59,948 nt of DNA from a virus. Lineage: Duplodnaviria > Caudoviricetes. The position numbers were made by a program, and so were the translations under genes. The notes under the pieces were generated by a model, which worked only from the letters and a program-made list of their open reading frames with translations, was not told the origin of the DNA and did no database searches. Shown one piece after another: positions 33,302 to 43,734 of this stretch; the first letter of the stretch is position 1; every line of letters begins with the position of its first letter. The stretch lies in the IMG/VR virus record IMGVR_UViG_3300044513_000342, positions 1 through 59,948 of that record; one strand, given 5' to 3'.

Positions 33302-36300
33302 TTAGTAAGAAGCTACAGCACGCATATCTTGGATCTTAGGAACGTAAACTGGATCATTGGATCTCATTACGATCTTAATTCCAAAAGAACTAAACTCTGG
33401 AAGGTTGGAGACACTGTATTGCAGTTCTTGATAAGAAGTTTGCTTCTCAACAATTCCAGAAACAGTGTTTTCACTGGTTGGGAACTCATCGGTATCTGGT
33501 AGTCCAGTTCCGTTGAAATATTCCCATTCAATGTTATCGAAAGATTCTTGACTGGAAGATTTCTTATAGCGGAAGAGAACTTGGATATCATCGATGTTCT
33601 TAACATTTGCTGTTAGTCTTACATCGATAGTCGTACCAGGATTACCAATTGCAATTTCCTTGGTAACATACTTAGCAACAGAAGAACTATTGTTGAAAGA
33701 AATTTCTGGTCTATACTCAATACCATTTGTATAAGATACTCTGGATACTTCCCAATATGCATTGGTTTCACTTTGTTGATCTGGATATGCAATAATGTCT
33801 CCTACACGGAAAACATCTTCTGGACCAGCTCCAGATCTTGCGTTACCAGAACTTGCAGAATCTTCTAAAGACTCTGTATATCCAAGAGTTCCATATGGTT
33901 TCTTATCATTACTTACAGTAACGATTAGATTTTGAGCGTCGAAAACTTTGACCTTACCTTGGATCTTATTATCGAAAGTATCGGAAAGAGCACTTGGGTT
34001 TCTAGCAATAATAGCACCATCTACATTGACACTAAAGATTTGTCTAGTTGGATCAGAAGAAACAGAAGCACGAGACTGATTTTGTATTTCTGTTAATGCT
34101 GGATCATATCCAACAGAAGACAGCAGTGTATCTCCAAAAATGATACCTTCGTTTTTCTGGAATCCATTTGTAGTAGAAAGTCTTACCCAAATTGTTGGGG
34201 CACCATTAATTTCTTCTACTCTAGCAATAGTTCCTTTTGCTTTACTTACCGCACCTTCAACCGCTTGGGGAATAGTGATATTAGTGTTAGCAGGAATATT
34301 AGCAAGAGAGAATTGATAAACTGGTTTAAACTCAAGGATTTGATCTCTTCTACCATAACGATCTTCCTGACCTGCAGATTTTTCAACTCTGTTGCTTGCT
34401 AGTTTTACAGAAGCAGAGGAGAGATCAATTGCAGGAGAAAGATAAGAGACAGTAGAAGACAGTTTGATGGTGTACTCTAAAGACTTATTGAGATTGTTTG
34501 AAGTTTGGTTGATCTTAGAGCAAAGAACTTTCTGATTAGTAAAGTAATGAATTTCATTCAAGAAAGTCTTTTCATCAGAAACTTGTGAGTAAGAAGTATA
34601 GTTATTGGTGTTAGAATCAACAGCAATAATATTAGTTGTCTTAACAGTTGTCTTTACGCTAGTTGCAGAGAATGTTAGATAGTTAACCTGTGGATATAGA
34701 CGCTCGTACTTCTTGTTATGCGCGACAAGAATAGATGCACCCCCACCCTTCAATGTGCTAGCAGCAACAGTTGGGCTTGCAATATGGTAGAAATCGACAC
34801 CAGCACTATCTACTGTGTATAGTCTGCTATTCAGTTGTGTTGCAGGAATACCACCTGTGTCTTCTGCATTTCTGAAGAAGACGAAGGACTTACCACTATC
34901 TTCGAAACCATGGTTTGGATGATATACACGAATGATCTTATTATTATTTCTAAACAAATCAGATGTTGCACCAGCATCGGAACCGCCATCGGTTTCAAAT
35001 GGATCTAGAGATAGAGATTCGTATGTTAGATCTGCGTTTTCAATTTTCAGTGTTGCTTCTCTAGTAATATCAAATTCTGCTCTGTGTAGAGTAAATTTGA
35101 TGTCTTCGAAAAGATCTTCTGTCCATGTATCAACGTTCTGAGATCTGAATACAGATCCTAGTAGAGGTTGTGTAGTTACAGGTGTGCTTGTAGCAATTTC
35201 AATTTCTCCAAGTCTAGATGTCCACAGTGCGTACTCGGTAGAATCTGTTTCAATGACAAGAGCATATTGAGAATTATTCTGGAGATAAACTGGATTTGTA
35301 AAGTTAAATCTGGTTGGAGTTGTAGACTCAATAACACCCGTAGAATCGACTGCAACACCCATTCTAACTGCGGGGGTATCAATAGTAATAGATGCCTCTA
35401 CAACAGCGCCTGCAGCGCCATTACCGATCCCTTTGACGACAATAGATGGTGGGGATGTATACTCAGATCCAAACAGTGTTGGTTCTGCAAAGTAGATCTT
35501 ACCATCGGAAATACTTGCCTTTCCATTTGCTACGCTGCCACCAGGAAGTTGTGGACTCTCGAATGATAGAATTGCGGATTCGTAGTTAGATCCAGTCTCC
35601 TTCACAATTAGATTGGATACCTTACCAGAATCCTTTGCAATTGTTAGATCTAATGCAGTGTTATTAGTCGCATTGTAAGTTGTCAGAGATCCAATGATTA
35701 GATCTTCGTTTTGAACGAAGGTCTTGCCGTTGTGATTGCTGAGGACAAGAGTATATACCTGTTCATTGGTTATGGTAACTTCACCAGTAGAAGTAGGTGT
35801 TAGTTCGTTATTGTTCTTGTCTAGAACTTTGGTGAGAGGACCGCTGCAATTAGATCTAGAACCAGTAATTGTTTCGTTGATCTTAATGGTTGCAGTTCCG
35901 TTAGCAAATACACGAATTCTTGTATCTGGAATTAGTGATATTTCTGTACCAGGAAGAATGTACTTGCCAGGTTTATCGCTTTCTGTATTTGTTAGATATA
36001 CTCTAATAGGAATATTGGTAGACTTCTTGTTGAAGAAGAGGTCAACACCAGTTGTAAAGCAACCACCATCAAAGTTTTCTACTTTAAATGTTTGTGCTAA
36101 TGGATTTGGTTTGGTCTCTACATCAGTTACACTATCGATTAACTGTACACCTTCATTTGCCTTAAAGACAGCAGGAAGAGTGGAGTTAATAGTCGAAGGA
36201 TTCTCTGGAAGTCTTCCTAGAGCATAGTATTTAATTTCTGCATAAGAATCTACAGTGTCTTTTGCTGCATTAGATGCGCTAGAAGTAAACCTAATAGTCT

Positions 36301-39300
36301 TAACGCCAGTAGTTACTCTTACCTGTTCGGAAGTCAAATCGTAATTTACTGTCTTTGGATCTCCAGTCCAAGTAGCATTTTGAAGTGGAGCATATCCTCC
36401 AGGAATCAAGATCAATCCACTGGCATTTCCATTTTCATCAGTTGTGATAGATCCATTAAAACCAGATAGAGAATTTCCAGCAATGCCAGTAAACTTGCTA
36501 TCTGGATTTACCCATCTAGTAACATCTCTTCCCTCAAGGAAAGGATACAGTTTAGTAGATGGCTTCAGTCTCTTAATGACATACTTAACAGCAATACTTC
36601 TAGCAAAGAACTTCAAGGAAGTTGCAATAGAACCTTTTTCATTGCTATCTACAGATAGACCTTTACCTAATTCATTGTTCTGTGGACTTACATTGGAAGA
36701 GCTTGCAACGGAAGCAGACTCAACTTTGGAGAATGCGCTGTCAGAATTAGTAGATCCGAATGAGGTGATTTCACCAAAGCTGTTCTTCGATCCGATCCAG
36801 TTAACAATAAAGGAGTTAAAGATACTAGAATATGCCTCACTAATATCATTCTTAGCAATAAAGATAGAATATAGTTGTGTATTATTATCAACTACTAATG
36901 GTTCTACAGTGTCATCATACCAAGAATCAATGTTTGGTTCTAAAGATCCCTCGCCAACATACTGAAGTGCTACAAATGGATTTGGATTAATTGTCTTTGT
37001 AGCAAAATCATTACCTAGCAGAGGTAGAGTTGTATAAGGTAACGTTACAATATTACCAGTCTTTTTGTAACCATCAATAACACGCTGATCATCTCTGGTG
37101 TTAGTTTCTTTCAGACCATAGGAATCTTCGTGAGTTTGTGGTCTTAATACAGATTGTTGTGTGTCAATAGCACACTTATAATCTGTAGAGGAAACTTCGC
37201 CTCTTAAATGAGTTTCGAAGTTATCTACAATAAAACCAGTTTTAAATCTGTTAAATCCGATGTCGTCACGAATTTGCATTCCTAGTGCTTGCTGCTCTAG
37301 AATGCTGAGGGTGGTGTAATACTCAAGACGCTCAATACGCTTCTCAAGCTTACCAATGTCCTTCATCGTGTATCTACGATTATCAACAGGAGTAATTCTT
37401 ACATCCTTGCTGCTTGTAGTAAACGCGGGGATATAGAGATAATACAGAGCAATTGCATCATCCAGTGGTTCTGGACGTGTTGGGTTTTGAGAGGAGTTGC
37501 CTTCCTTAAGGACAAACTGACCTGTCTTATTAAGGAAGATTCCATCAATTCTGCTAAGAAACTCAGTTTGACTGAAACTAAAAGTATATTCTAGGTTCTT
37601 GTCGGGAGCAGGAGTTACGGAAACAACGCCTCCCTCTCCAGTAAAACTGGTAGTAACTCCACCTCTAGAAGAAGTATTTGCATAACCAGTGATGTAAGAA
37701 GAATTGTCAACTTTTGGTCTGAAGTCAAGGACATTCTTAAGAGATACAATGCCATGAACAGCAGAGTTGAAAGATGGGATCTCTTCTAGAGTAACACCAG
37801 ACTCGTGGTTGTAACTATCAACAGTACAGAAATCACCCTGTGAGTGTTCAAAATAATCAAACGCTACAACTAATTGTCCTGTTGGTGCGGGGTATCCTGG
37901 TTTTAGGACAATCCTAGAAACATCATAGAATGTATCTCTCTGTCCATCATCAAAAGTGAATCTATCGGTGATATCTTGACCATTTCCAACTAGATTACCA
38001 GCAGTGTCAACTTCTGGAGGAGCAACAGATGTACCTTCATAAACATATCTTAGTTTATATGCATCTGCATATGTAGATAGAGTTGTGGACTCGCTATCAA
38101 AATCTTCGCCACGGAAAGGAATAATTCTATCTCCAACAGACTTAATAACAATTCTCTTGTTAGGAACAGAAGTTTTAATTCTAGGGCGTGCTTTAGACAG
38201 TTCTAAAGTAGCAGATAGTTTTAGTTTGGGGAATGTCGTGCTAGCATTGAATACGGATGTTGGAAGTGAAATCTCTACAGATCCAGCATTCAAACCACTT
38301 GCTTCGTCAGTTTGATTGGTGGTAGATACATTTTCCGCAGTGATGTATACAATGTCGCCTTTCTTGACAGTTGTAGCGTCACCAGGATCCAACACGGTCA
38401 TTACAAAACTAGACTCATCAAAACTTACAAATCTCTGTGTACCAAATGGCAGTTGAGCTGTGAAAGTAATGGCATTCGAGTTACTAGTCGATGTAGTAAC
38501 AAAGTCTCTTCTATAGTAGTATTTGATCTTAGAATCTTCAGCACTTCTAGAAATAGATGCTACTTGACCACTACCAGTTGGGTAGATGAGAGTTCCAGAT
38601 GCAAAGTTATCGATCTTAGGAACAATCTTAACGATGCTGTCATTTGTAACAGTCTCTGGAATAGATGTAGTCAGATAAACTCTAGACTTGAGTAGACCTT
38701 CGGGTTTTGTGGCATATTGAACAACTGCTCTTACAGACTTGCCATCAATTCCAGTAAATTGGATGTAATCACCTTGCTTAATAAATTGTGTAGCATCTCC
38801 GCCAAATCCATTACACTCAAGGAATCTAAATCCTTTGGTTCCCGAGAAAGTGAATTCTGTTACAGCAGTTAGGTTCACATACTGAGTTTTGTTGCTTTCA
38901 ATATCTGCGGTAAATTTGTTGGCACCAAGACTTCCAAATGCGGATCCAAAAGATTTAACATCGGATGGATTGTATGTGGTTACTGTGTTTCTGAATAGTA
39001 CCGCATCTACTCTAGCTGCCAAAGCAACATTTCCAGCATCTTCACTGATAGTTACTACAGGTGGTTGAGAGTAAGTTTGTGTAAATGCTTTTCTTTCTCT
39101 AATTGTAGCAGAAACAATAAAACCAGTTCCACCAGAATCTTGAGTAAGTGTTACTTTAGAACTATCAAATACTTGACCATTAATAGACATCTTGGCACTG
39201 GTGCTGTAACCACCAGTAGATCTATACTTTACAACAAAGTGAGAGACTGTATCATCAGTAGCAATCTTTGCACTATTATCATTTTCGTCAATCAGTACCT

Positions 39301-41770
39301 CTCCAGACTTAAACGTTCCAGACAAGGTACGTACCATTAAAATACCAGAGCTACTAAATGCAGATTGGGTGTTACCTTCAATGACACCATATGCTCCGCT
39401 AGTAACACCAACGACATACTCACCAGCAGTAAATCCAGTGGAAGGTACATTTTCCAATACAATTTTAGTGAAGAAAGATGGACCAAAATATCCTAATCCA
39501 AATACACTGTTGTATACTTTCTCTCCACCAGATAAGGTGCCTTTAGAAACAACAATATCCGTGTCCGCATTAAATCCAAATCCTTTTTCTTTTAGAGTAA
39601 AGTTGCTGGATTTTGTTGTACCAATAAGAGGAGTAATTACATCACTGTAATCGGCAATGTATCCAAGTTTTGCAACATTATCAATAGTTGCTACATTAAT
39701 AGTAATATCATCTGTAGTATCAACACCACCAATTGCACTACCAAGAATGGTAATGGTTTCAGTTGGTGTATATCCACTACCACCTGAAGTGATTGTTATA
39801 GAATCAATCTGTCCCGATGCATCACGCTCTACAGTAAATGTAGCACTGGAACCATTTGCACTGGAGTTTCCAGTTACTGCTGTATACGAAGCATTTGCTT
39901 CCGAACCAAGAATAGTACCAGCGGAATAAGTAATAGATGCAATAGGACCAACGCCAGCTCCAGTCGTGGTATTCAGATAGAAGAATCTTCTATCTCCATC
40001 ATCTTCTACATCATATTCAACTAAAGCATCTAGTTGTGCCTTATTTCCAAGTAATGTAATCTCTGCAAATCTCTTTGCAGTGTCACCAGGGCTAACATCT
40101 GGTCTAGTTACAACGCTGAATCCTATAACTTTATATGTATTATAGGATTCGGGTAGTCCAGAAGCTCTAGTAGCAACACTGTAAAGTTGATTGCTACCAT
40201 CACAAATATCAGTGAAAGTAATTGTTGGCGCAGCATTATTTACTGGGTTGATCTTGTCAACTGTACCAGTTCTTGTAATTTCTACAGTAAAAGTTTTTAC
40301 ACCATCATTATCAGAATAAATGGTTCCTCTACGATTTACTGTGTTTACCCTTTTATCGGGATCTTGAGCAAACTTTTGGGTGGAACCAAAATCAATCTGT
40401 TGACCGATTGTACCGTCATTATACAGAGAGAATATCTCTACATCTGGATATGCGGTTAGATCAGATCCTTCAGAATTTAGAGGAACAGAACCAGATACAT
40501 TAGAAATCGAATAGGTAGGAAGACCTCTGCTCTTGATAACTTGATTATCGCTATCTAGAGTTTCTCTTGCCTTGCTTACTTCAATTTCTTTAGTCTCTTT
40601 ATTAACAATTTCATAACCTCTAATGTATGCCTTACCAGTGCCAACATTGGCGATCATCTTTCTGGAGGCATCTTGCTCATTTAGACCATTGTAATTTCCT
40701 TGTCCATCAGCAGCATATACTCCATTATTGCCATCTTTTTGTGCCCACTCTCTGATATCAACAGAGAAATTATCGACGACATAATCACCAGACTCGTCGT
40801 AAGTTCTTCTTGCTAGGGTTTGCTCTACTAGGGAATAATCTGCTTGCGTTACTTTCTTCTGAACAACACCCCTCTTAACACGGAGAAGTTGAATAAAATT
40901 CTTATCGGTTTGAGTGCCTAGTTCGTATTTTTTAAGAGAAAGAGAAATCTTTAATCGATGTGCTCCAGGAGCAGAGAAGTTGGAAGATCCAACAGAATTA
41001 TCATACAAAGAGTTGTCTTCTTCGGGAGTCACAACATCTTCCATGACTCGGAATCCGACCTTTGCACTAGGTGCATTGTAGTATGGATCAATAACAAGCA
41101 GCTGCTCATCATTTCTTACAAAATATCCATTAACAAAATAGATACCTTCTTCTACCTTAACAGCAGAAGCATAACCCATAGCGGGACTAACAACAGAAGA
41201 CTCAGCACCAGTATCGGGATCGGTTACTGTAATTGCGGTTGGCAACACAGATCCATCAGTACCAACAACCATGAGTGGTGTATTGATGCCATTAATAACT
41301 TCTAGAGTCTCACCTTGGCGGAAAGTAGACTCATTGTTAGCATCGCCACTTGTGGTATAAACTACAAATAGTGTGTCTGCATTAGTTTCAGTTGCATTCT
41401 GCGTGGAAACAACATTACCAATAACACCAGATGTGAGACCTCTTAGTTGTCTTCCTACTAGTTGGGAAATATCATACTTTTTATATACAATATTATCATT
41501 GCCGTCATTAACAGCAACTTCCGAAACAGAAGATAACTTAACATAATCTAGTTTATTATTAAGTCCTACTTCACCAGGAATAACTAAGTCTCCCTGTTTG
41601 AAAGCATACTTACCATAGCTTTCAATCTGATTCTGTAGAATAGATTGAAGTTGCGTTAACTCCCTACTTTGAATCGAGTACCCAGGACGGAACAGAATTT
41701 TATAAAAATTCTTACTCGCGTCAAAATCCTCAAAATAAGGAGAAACATTTAAGTTAGTCTTCTGTGGCAT
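33302..41770 (-). CDS. Large virion structural protein (DUF4815/VrlC-like, 2822 aa)
   Basis: TNLNVSPYFEDFD, LFRPG...RELTQLQS, APGAHRLKI, LARRTYDESGDY, RRYTMKDIGKLEKRI, PLAQTF. Late promoter CTAAATA at 41806-41812. Confidence 0.88.
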   Translation of the reverse strand: MPQKTNLNVSPYFEDFDASKNFYKILFRPGYSIQSRELTQLQSILQNQIESYGKYAFKQGDLVIPGEVGLNNKLDYVKLSSVSEVAVNDGNDNIVYKKYDISQLVGRQLRGLTSGVIGNVVSTQNATETNADTLFVVYTTSGDANNESTFRQGETLEVINGINTPLMVVGTDGSVLPTAITVTDPDTGAESSVVSPAMGYASAVKVEEGIYFVNGYFVRNDEQLLVIDPYYNAPSAKVGFRVMEDVVTPEEDNSLYDNSVGSSNFSAPGAHRLKISLSLKKYELGTQTDKNFIQLLRVKRGVVQKKVTQADYSLVEQTLARRTYDESGDYVVDNFSVDIREWAQKDGNNGVYAADGQGNYNGLNEQDASRKMIANVGTGKAYIRGYEIVNKETKEIEVSKARETLDSDNQVIKSRGLPTYSISNVSGSVPLNSEGSDLTAYPDVEIFSLYNDGTIGQQIDFGSTQKFAQDPDKRVNTVNRRGTIYSDNDGVKTFTVEITRTGTVDKINPVNNAAPTITFTDICDGSNQLYSVATRASGLPESYNTYKVIGFSVVTRPDVSPGDTAKRFAEITLLGNKAQLDALVEYDVEDDGDRRFFYLNTTTGAGVGPIASITYSAGTILGSEANASYTAVTGNSSANGSSATFTVERDASGQIDSITITSGGSGYTPTETITILGSAIGGVDTTDDITINVATIDNVAKLGYIADYSDVITPLIGTTKSSNFTLKEKGFGFNADTDIVVSKGTLSGGEKVYNSVFGLGYFGPSFFTKIVLENVPSTGFTAGEYVVGVTSGAYGVIEGNTQSAFSSSGILMVRTLSGTFKSGEVLIDENDNSAKIATDDTVSHFVVKYRSTGGYSTSAKMSINGQVFDSSKVTLTQDSGGTGFIVSATIRERKAFTQTYSQPPVVTISEDAGNVALAARVDAVLFRNTVTTYNPSDVKSFGSAFGSLGANKFTADIESNKTQYVNLTAVTEFTFSGTKGFRFLECNGFGGDATQFIKQGDYIQFTGIDGKSVRAVVQYATKPEGLLKSRVYLTTSIPETVTNDSIVKIVPKIDNFASGTLIYPTGSGQVASISRSAEDSKIKYYYRRDFVTTSTSNSNAITFTAQLPFGTQRFVSFDESSFVMTVLDPGDATTVKKGDIVYITAENVSTTNQTDEASGLNAGSVEISLPTSVFNASTTFPKLKLSATLELSKARPRIKTSVPNKRIVIKSVGDRIIPFRGEDFDSESTTLSTYADAYKLRYVYEGTSVAPPEVDTAGNLVGNGQDITDRFTFDDGQRDTFYDVSRIVLKPGYPAPTGQLVVAFDYFEHSQGDFCTVDSYNHESGVTLEEIPSFNSAVHGIVSLKNVLDFRPKVDNSSYITGYANTSSRGGVTTSFTGEGGVVSVTPAPDKNLEYTFSFSQTEFLSRIDGIFLNKTGQFVLKEGNSSQNPTRPEPLDDAIALYYLYIPAFTTSSKDVRITPVDNRRYTMKDIGKLEKRIERLEYYTTLSILEQQALGMQIRDDIGFNRFKTGFIVDNFETHLRGEVSSTDYKCAIDTQQSVLRPQTHEDSYGLKETNTRDDQRVIDGYKKTGNIVTLPYTTLPLLGNDFATKTINPNPFVALQYVGEGSLEPNIDSWYDDTVEPLVVDNNTQLYSIFIAKNDISEAYSSIFNSFIVNWIGSKNSFGEITSFGSTNSDSAFSKVESASVASSSNVSPQNNELGKGLSVDSNEKGSIATSLKFFARSIAVKYVIKRLKPSTKLYPFLEGRDVTRWVNPDSKFTGIAGNSLSGFNGSITTDENGNASGLILIPGGYAPLQNATWTGDPKTVNYDLTSEQVRVTTGVKTIRFTSSASNAAKDTVDSYAEIKYYALGRLPENPSTINSTLPAVFKANEGVQLIDSVTDVETKPNPLAQTFKVENFDGGCFTTGVDLFFNKKSTNIPIRVYLTNTESDKPGKYILPGTEISLIPDTRIRVFANGTATIKINETITGSRSNCSGPLTKVLDKNNNELTPTSTGEVTITNEQVYTLVLSNHNGKTFVQNEDLIIGSLTTYNATNNTALDLTIAKDSGKVSNLIVKETGSNYESAILSFESPQLPGGSVANGKASISDGKIYFAEPTLFGSEYTSPPSIVVKGIGNGAAGAVVEASITIDTPAVRMGVAVDSTGVIESTTPTRFNFTNPVYLQNNSQYALVIETDSTEYALWTSRLGEIEIATSTPVTTQPLLGSVFRSQNVDTWTEDLFEDIKFTLHRAEFDITREATLKIENADLTYESLSLDPFETDGGSDAGATSDLFRNNNKIIRVYHPNHGFEDSGKSFVFFRNAEDTGGIPATQLNSRLYTVDSAGVDFYHIASPTVAASTLKGGGASILVAHNKKYERLYPQVNYLTFSATSVKTTVKTTNIIAVDSNTNNYTSYSQVSDEKTFLNEIHYFTNQKVLCSKINQTSNNLNKSLEYTIKLSSTVSYLSPAIDLSSASVKLASNRVEKSAGQEDRYGRRDQILEFKPVYQFSLANIPANTNITIPQAVEGAVSKAKGTIARVEEINGAPTIWVRLSTTNGFQKNEGIIFGDTLLSSVGYDPALTEIQNQSRASVSSDPTRQIFSVNVDGAIIARNPSALSDTFDNKIQGKVKVFDAQNLIVTVSNDKKPYGTLGYTESLEDSASSGNARSGAGPEDVFRVGDIIAYPDQQSETNAYWEVSRVSYTNGIEYRPEISFNNSSSVAKYVTKEIAIGNPGTTIDVRLTANVKNIDDIQVLFRYKKSSSQESFDNIEWEYFNGTGLPDTDEFPTSENTVSGIVEKQTSYQELQYSVSNLPEFSSFGIKIVMRSNDPVYVPKIQDMRAVASY

Positions 41771-41819
41771 GGTATTCCGCCAAATACTAGTATCTTAGTC
41801 GTTAGTATTTAGACGAGAT

Positions 41820-41848
41820 AAAAAAAATCCCCTGCGTTAGCAGGGGAC
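41820..41848 (-). terminator. Rho-independent terminator after gp8
   Basis: Minus strand TCCCCTGC-TAAC-GCAGGGGA followed by T8. Confidence 0.85.
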
Positions 41849-41868
41849 TTGGTGATATTTATTTTTGA

Positions 41869-43674
41869 TCAGAACTCAATGACCAGTTTGATATCTTCAA
41901 TTTGGTCAGGAGCACGAGTGATTAGTCTTCTGTTCTCAACGTAGATGATGTCACCAGAGTTATTCTCAAGTTCGGGAACACCCAGACCGTTGGTTAGAGG
42001 GATGCCCTCAACATTTCCATTAACAGTTGTGTTAGGAGAACCACCAGCACCAGATTGTGCGCCTTGTACAGGTGCAGATCCATTTGCCTCAAAGAGGTAA
42101 ACTTTACCATCAGCATCTGTATGCTCGCCAGGAGACTGGTAATACTTGAGGATGCCTTCTGTATTAGAAGAAGGATCTAGTGTCCAAGAAACAACACGAC
42201 CATATGCAGTGCTGCTGCCGCTGTTAACACTCTGACTGATTACTTCGTCAGCAATGTAGTCAGTACCGCCAGTACCAGTAATCTTAACAGCATATAGACC
42301 GTTGAGGGTATCTGCTGTTGCAACTGTTGTGGTTCCTTCGTTGTATGGATCCTTAAGAATGCCAATTCTGCGGAAGTCGTTATCAACAGGGAAGTCACCA
42401 CCGCCCTCATCATATGTAAGGCGAATGTTGGTCATGACGCGCTTAGCGTTGAGTTCTAGTTCCATGTCGGAACCATGACCACCCTTAGGAGGAAGGACTA
42501 CTTCAATGTCACCAGTATGGTTTGCAGGGGTTGCAACGCCACTGGTCAATGCTTGATCTCCAAACAGGTTGGTGTCAGCAAGAGAGATGGAGGCATAGGT
42601 GTAACCAGATCCTTTAGCAACAACCGAAACGGTTGTGGGATCAATTGCACCACCAGCGGTTGTTGTGAACTGGACAACACCACCAACACCATCACCACGA
42701 ATTGCGGTGTAAAGTGTCTGTGCAGCAGGTAGGTTGCTACCAGCATCTTCTACTACAACAATATCGATTTGACCTACTACAGCAGCAGCTTCAGTTGCTT
42801 GACGAGAAGCATTGCTTGCTAGAACGACAGGCATAAAGTCAGACGAGAGGAAGCGTAGTACATCGTCAGTTGGAAGAGTGAACATGTACTTCCAGACGTA
42901 ACCAGTCGCAGCAGATTCTGTGTAAATGCCATTGCTGTAGTTACCAGAAGTCGTGCTTGGTTCTTCAGTAGCATTCTGACCAGTAGGATTTGCAGGATTC
43001 TGACCATTATAGAGGCACTTGAATACCTCATACTGAGAGTTCATTACATAGAACTTAGCATCAGCAATAGCAGACTGACCAGTTGCTGTTAGTTTGCCTA
43101 GTTGACCACCACCCGCAGGAGTTGCAGAGTAGTCAGGTTTCCACATGTCAAACTTGGGGTTAGCACTTGTGTCCCAGTTGTAACGTCTGACAACAGCACG
43201 GGCATACTCACTAGTAATTCTCTTTGCAGCAATAATGTCATCATAGACACTATACTTTTCGGTCTGGTTGTCTAGAGGAAGGGGTGGCTCGTTTTCTGTA
43301 CCATAACGATAGACACCTGCCTTAGCAGTAGTACCAGTGTCGGAACCGCCAGAATACTCTTTTAAAGTGGCACCGAGTAGACTTGGGGTGGAGTTAACGC
43401 CAGAGGAACCAAAGATTCCAGTTAGAAGAACGGCACCATCATAAACTTTGGCGATGGTTCCTCGGAATGTAGCAGTACCGTAGTTGGCACCTTCGTAAAC
43501 TTCCGCACCTTCTGTGAGAGTGCCACCCGATACAGAGTAGGTCTCAAGATATGCGTACCAGGGTTGTGGACGACCCACAAAGAAGTACATGTTCGTACTT
43601 GGAGTTTCAGTTAGCGACTCAAGAAATTGCTTCGCGTTAAAAATTCTAAACTTATCAGAAATAATAGCAGCCAT
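41869..43674 (-). CDS. gp8: Baseplate wedge protein gp8
   Basis: MAAIISDKFRIFNA, FYVMNSQYEVFKCL, GYVWKYM, NDFRRIG, DIKLVIEF. Confidence 0.92.
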   Translation of the reverse strand: MAAIISDKFRIFNAKQFLESLTETPSTNMYFFVGRPQPWYAYLETYSVSGGTLTEGAEVYEGANYGTATFRGTIAKVYDGAVLLTGIFGSSGVNSTPSLLGATLKEYSGGSDTGTTAKAGVYRYGTENEPPLPLDNQTEKYSVYDDIIAAKRITSEYARAVVRRYNWDTSANPKFDMWKPDYSATPAGGGQLGKLTATGQSAIADAKFYVMNSQYEVFKCLYNGQNPANPTGQNATEEPSTTSGNYSNGIYTESAATGYVWKYMFTLPTDDVLRFLSSDFMPVVLASNASRQATEAAAVVGQIDIVVVEDAGSNLPAAQTLYTAIRGDGVGGVVQFTTTAGGAIDPTTVSVVAKGSGYTYASISLADTNLFGDQALTSGVATPANHTGDIEVVLPPKGGHGSDMELELNAKRVMTNIRLTYDEGGGDFPVDNDFRRIGILKDPYNEGTTTVATADTLNGLYAVKITGTGGTDYIADEVISQSVNSGSSTAYGRVVSWTLDPSSNTEGILKYYQSPGEHTDADGKVYLFEANGSAPVQGAQSGAGGSPNTTVNGNVEGIPLTNGLGVPELENNSGDIIYVENRRLITRAPDQIEDIKLVIEF

Positions 43675-43709
43675 TGGTTTTCCGTTCCGACGTAGATTTG
43701 TGCCAAAGT

Positions 43710-43734
43710 TATTTATATTTATGCATTTATTTAG
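43710..43734 (-). promoter_or_regulatory. Three tandem late-promoter motifs upstream of gp8
   Basis: TATAAATA at 43710-43717, CATAAATA at 43716-43723 and CTAAATA at 43728-43734. Confidence 0.7.
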
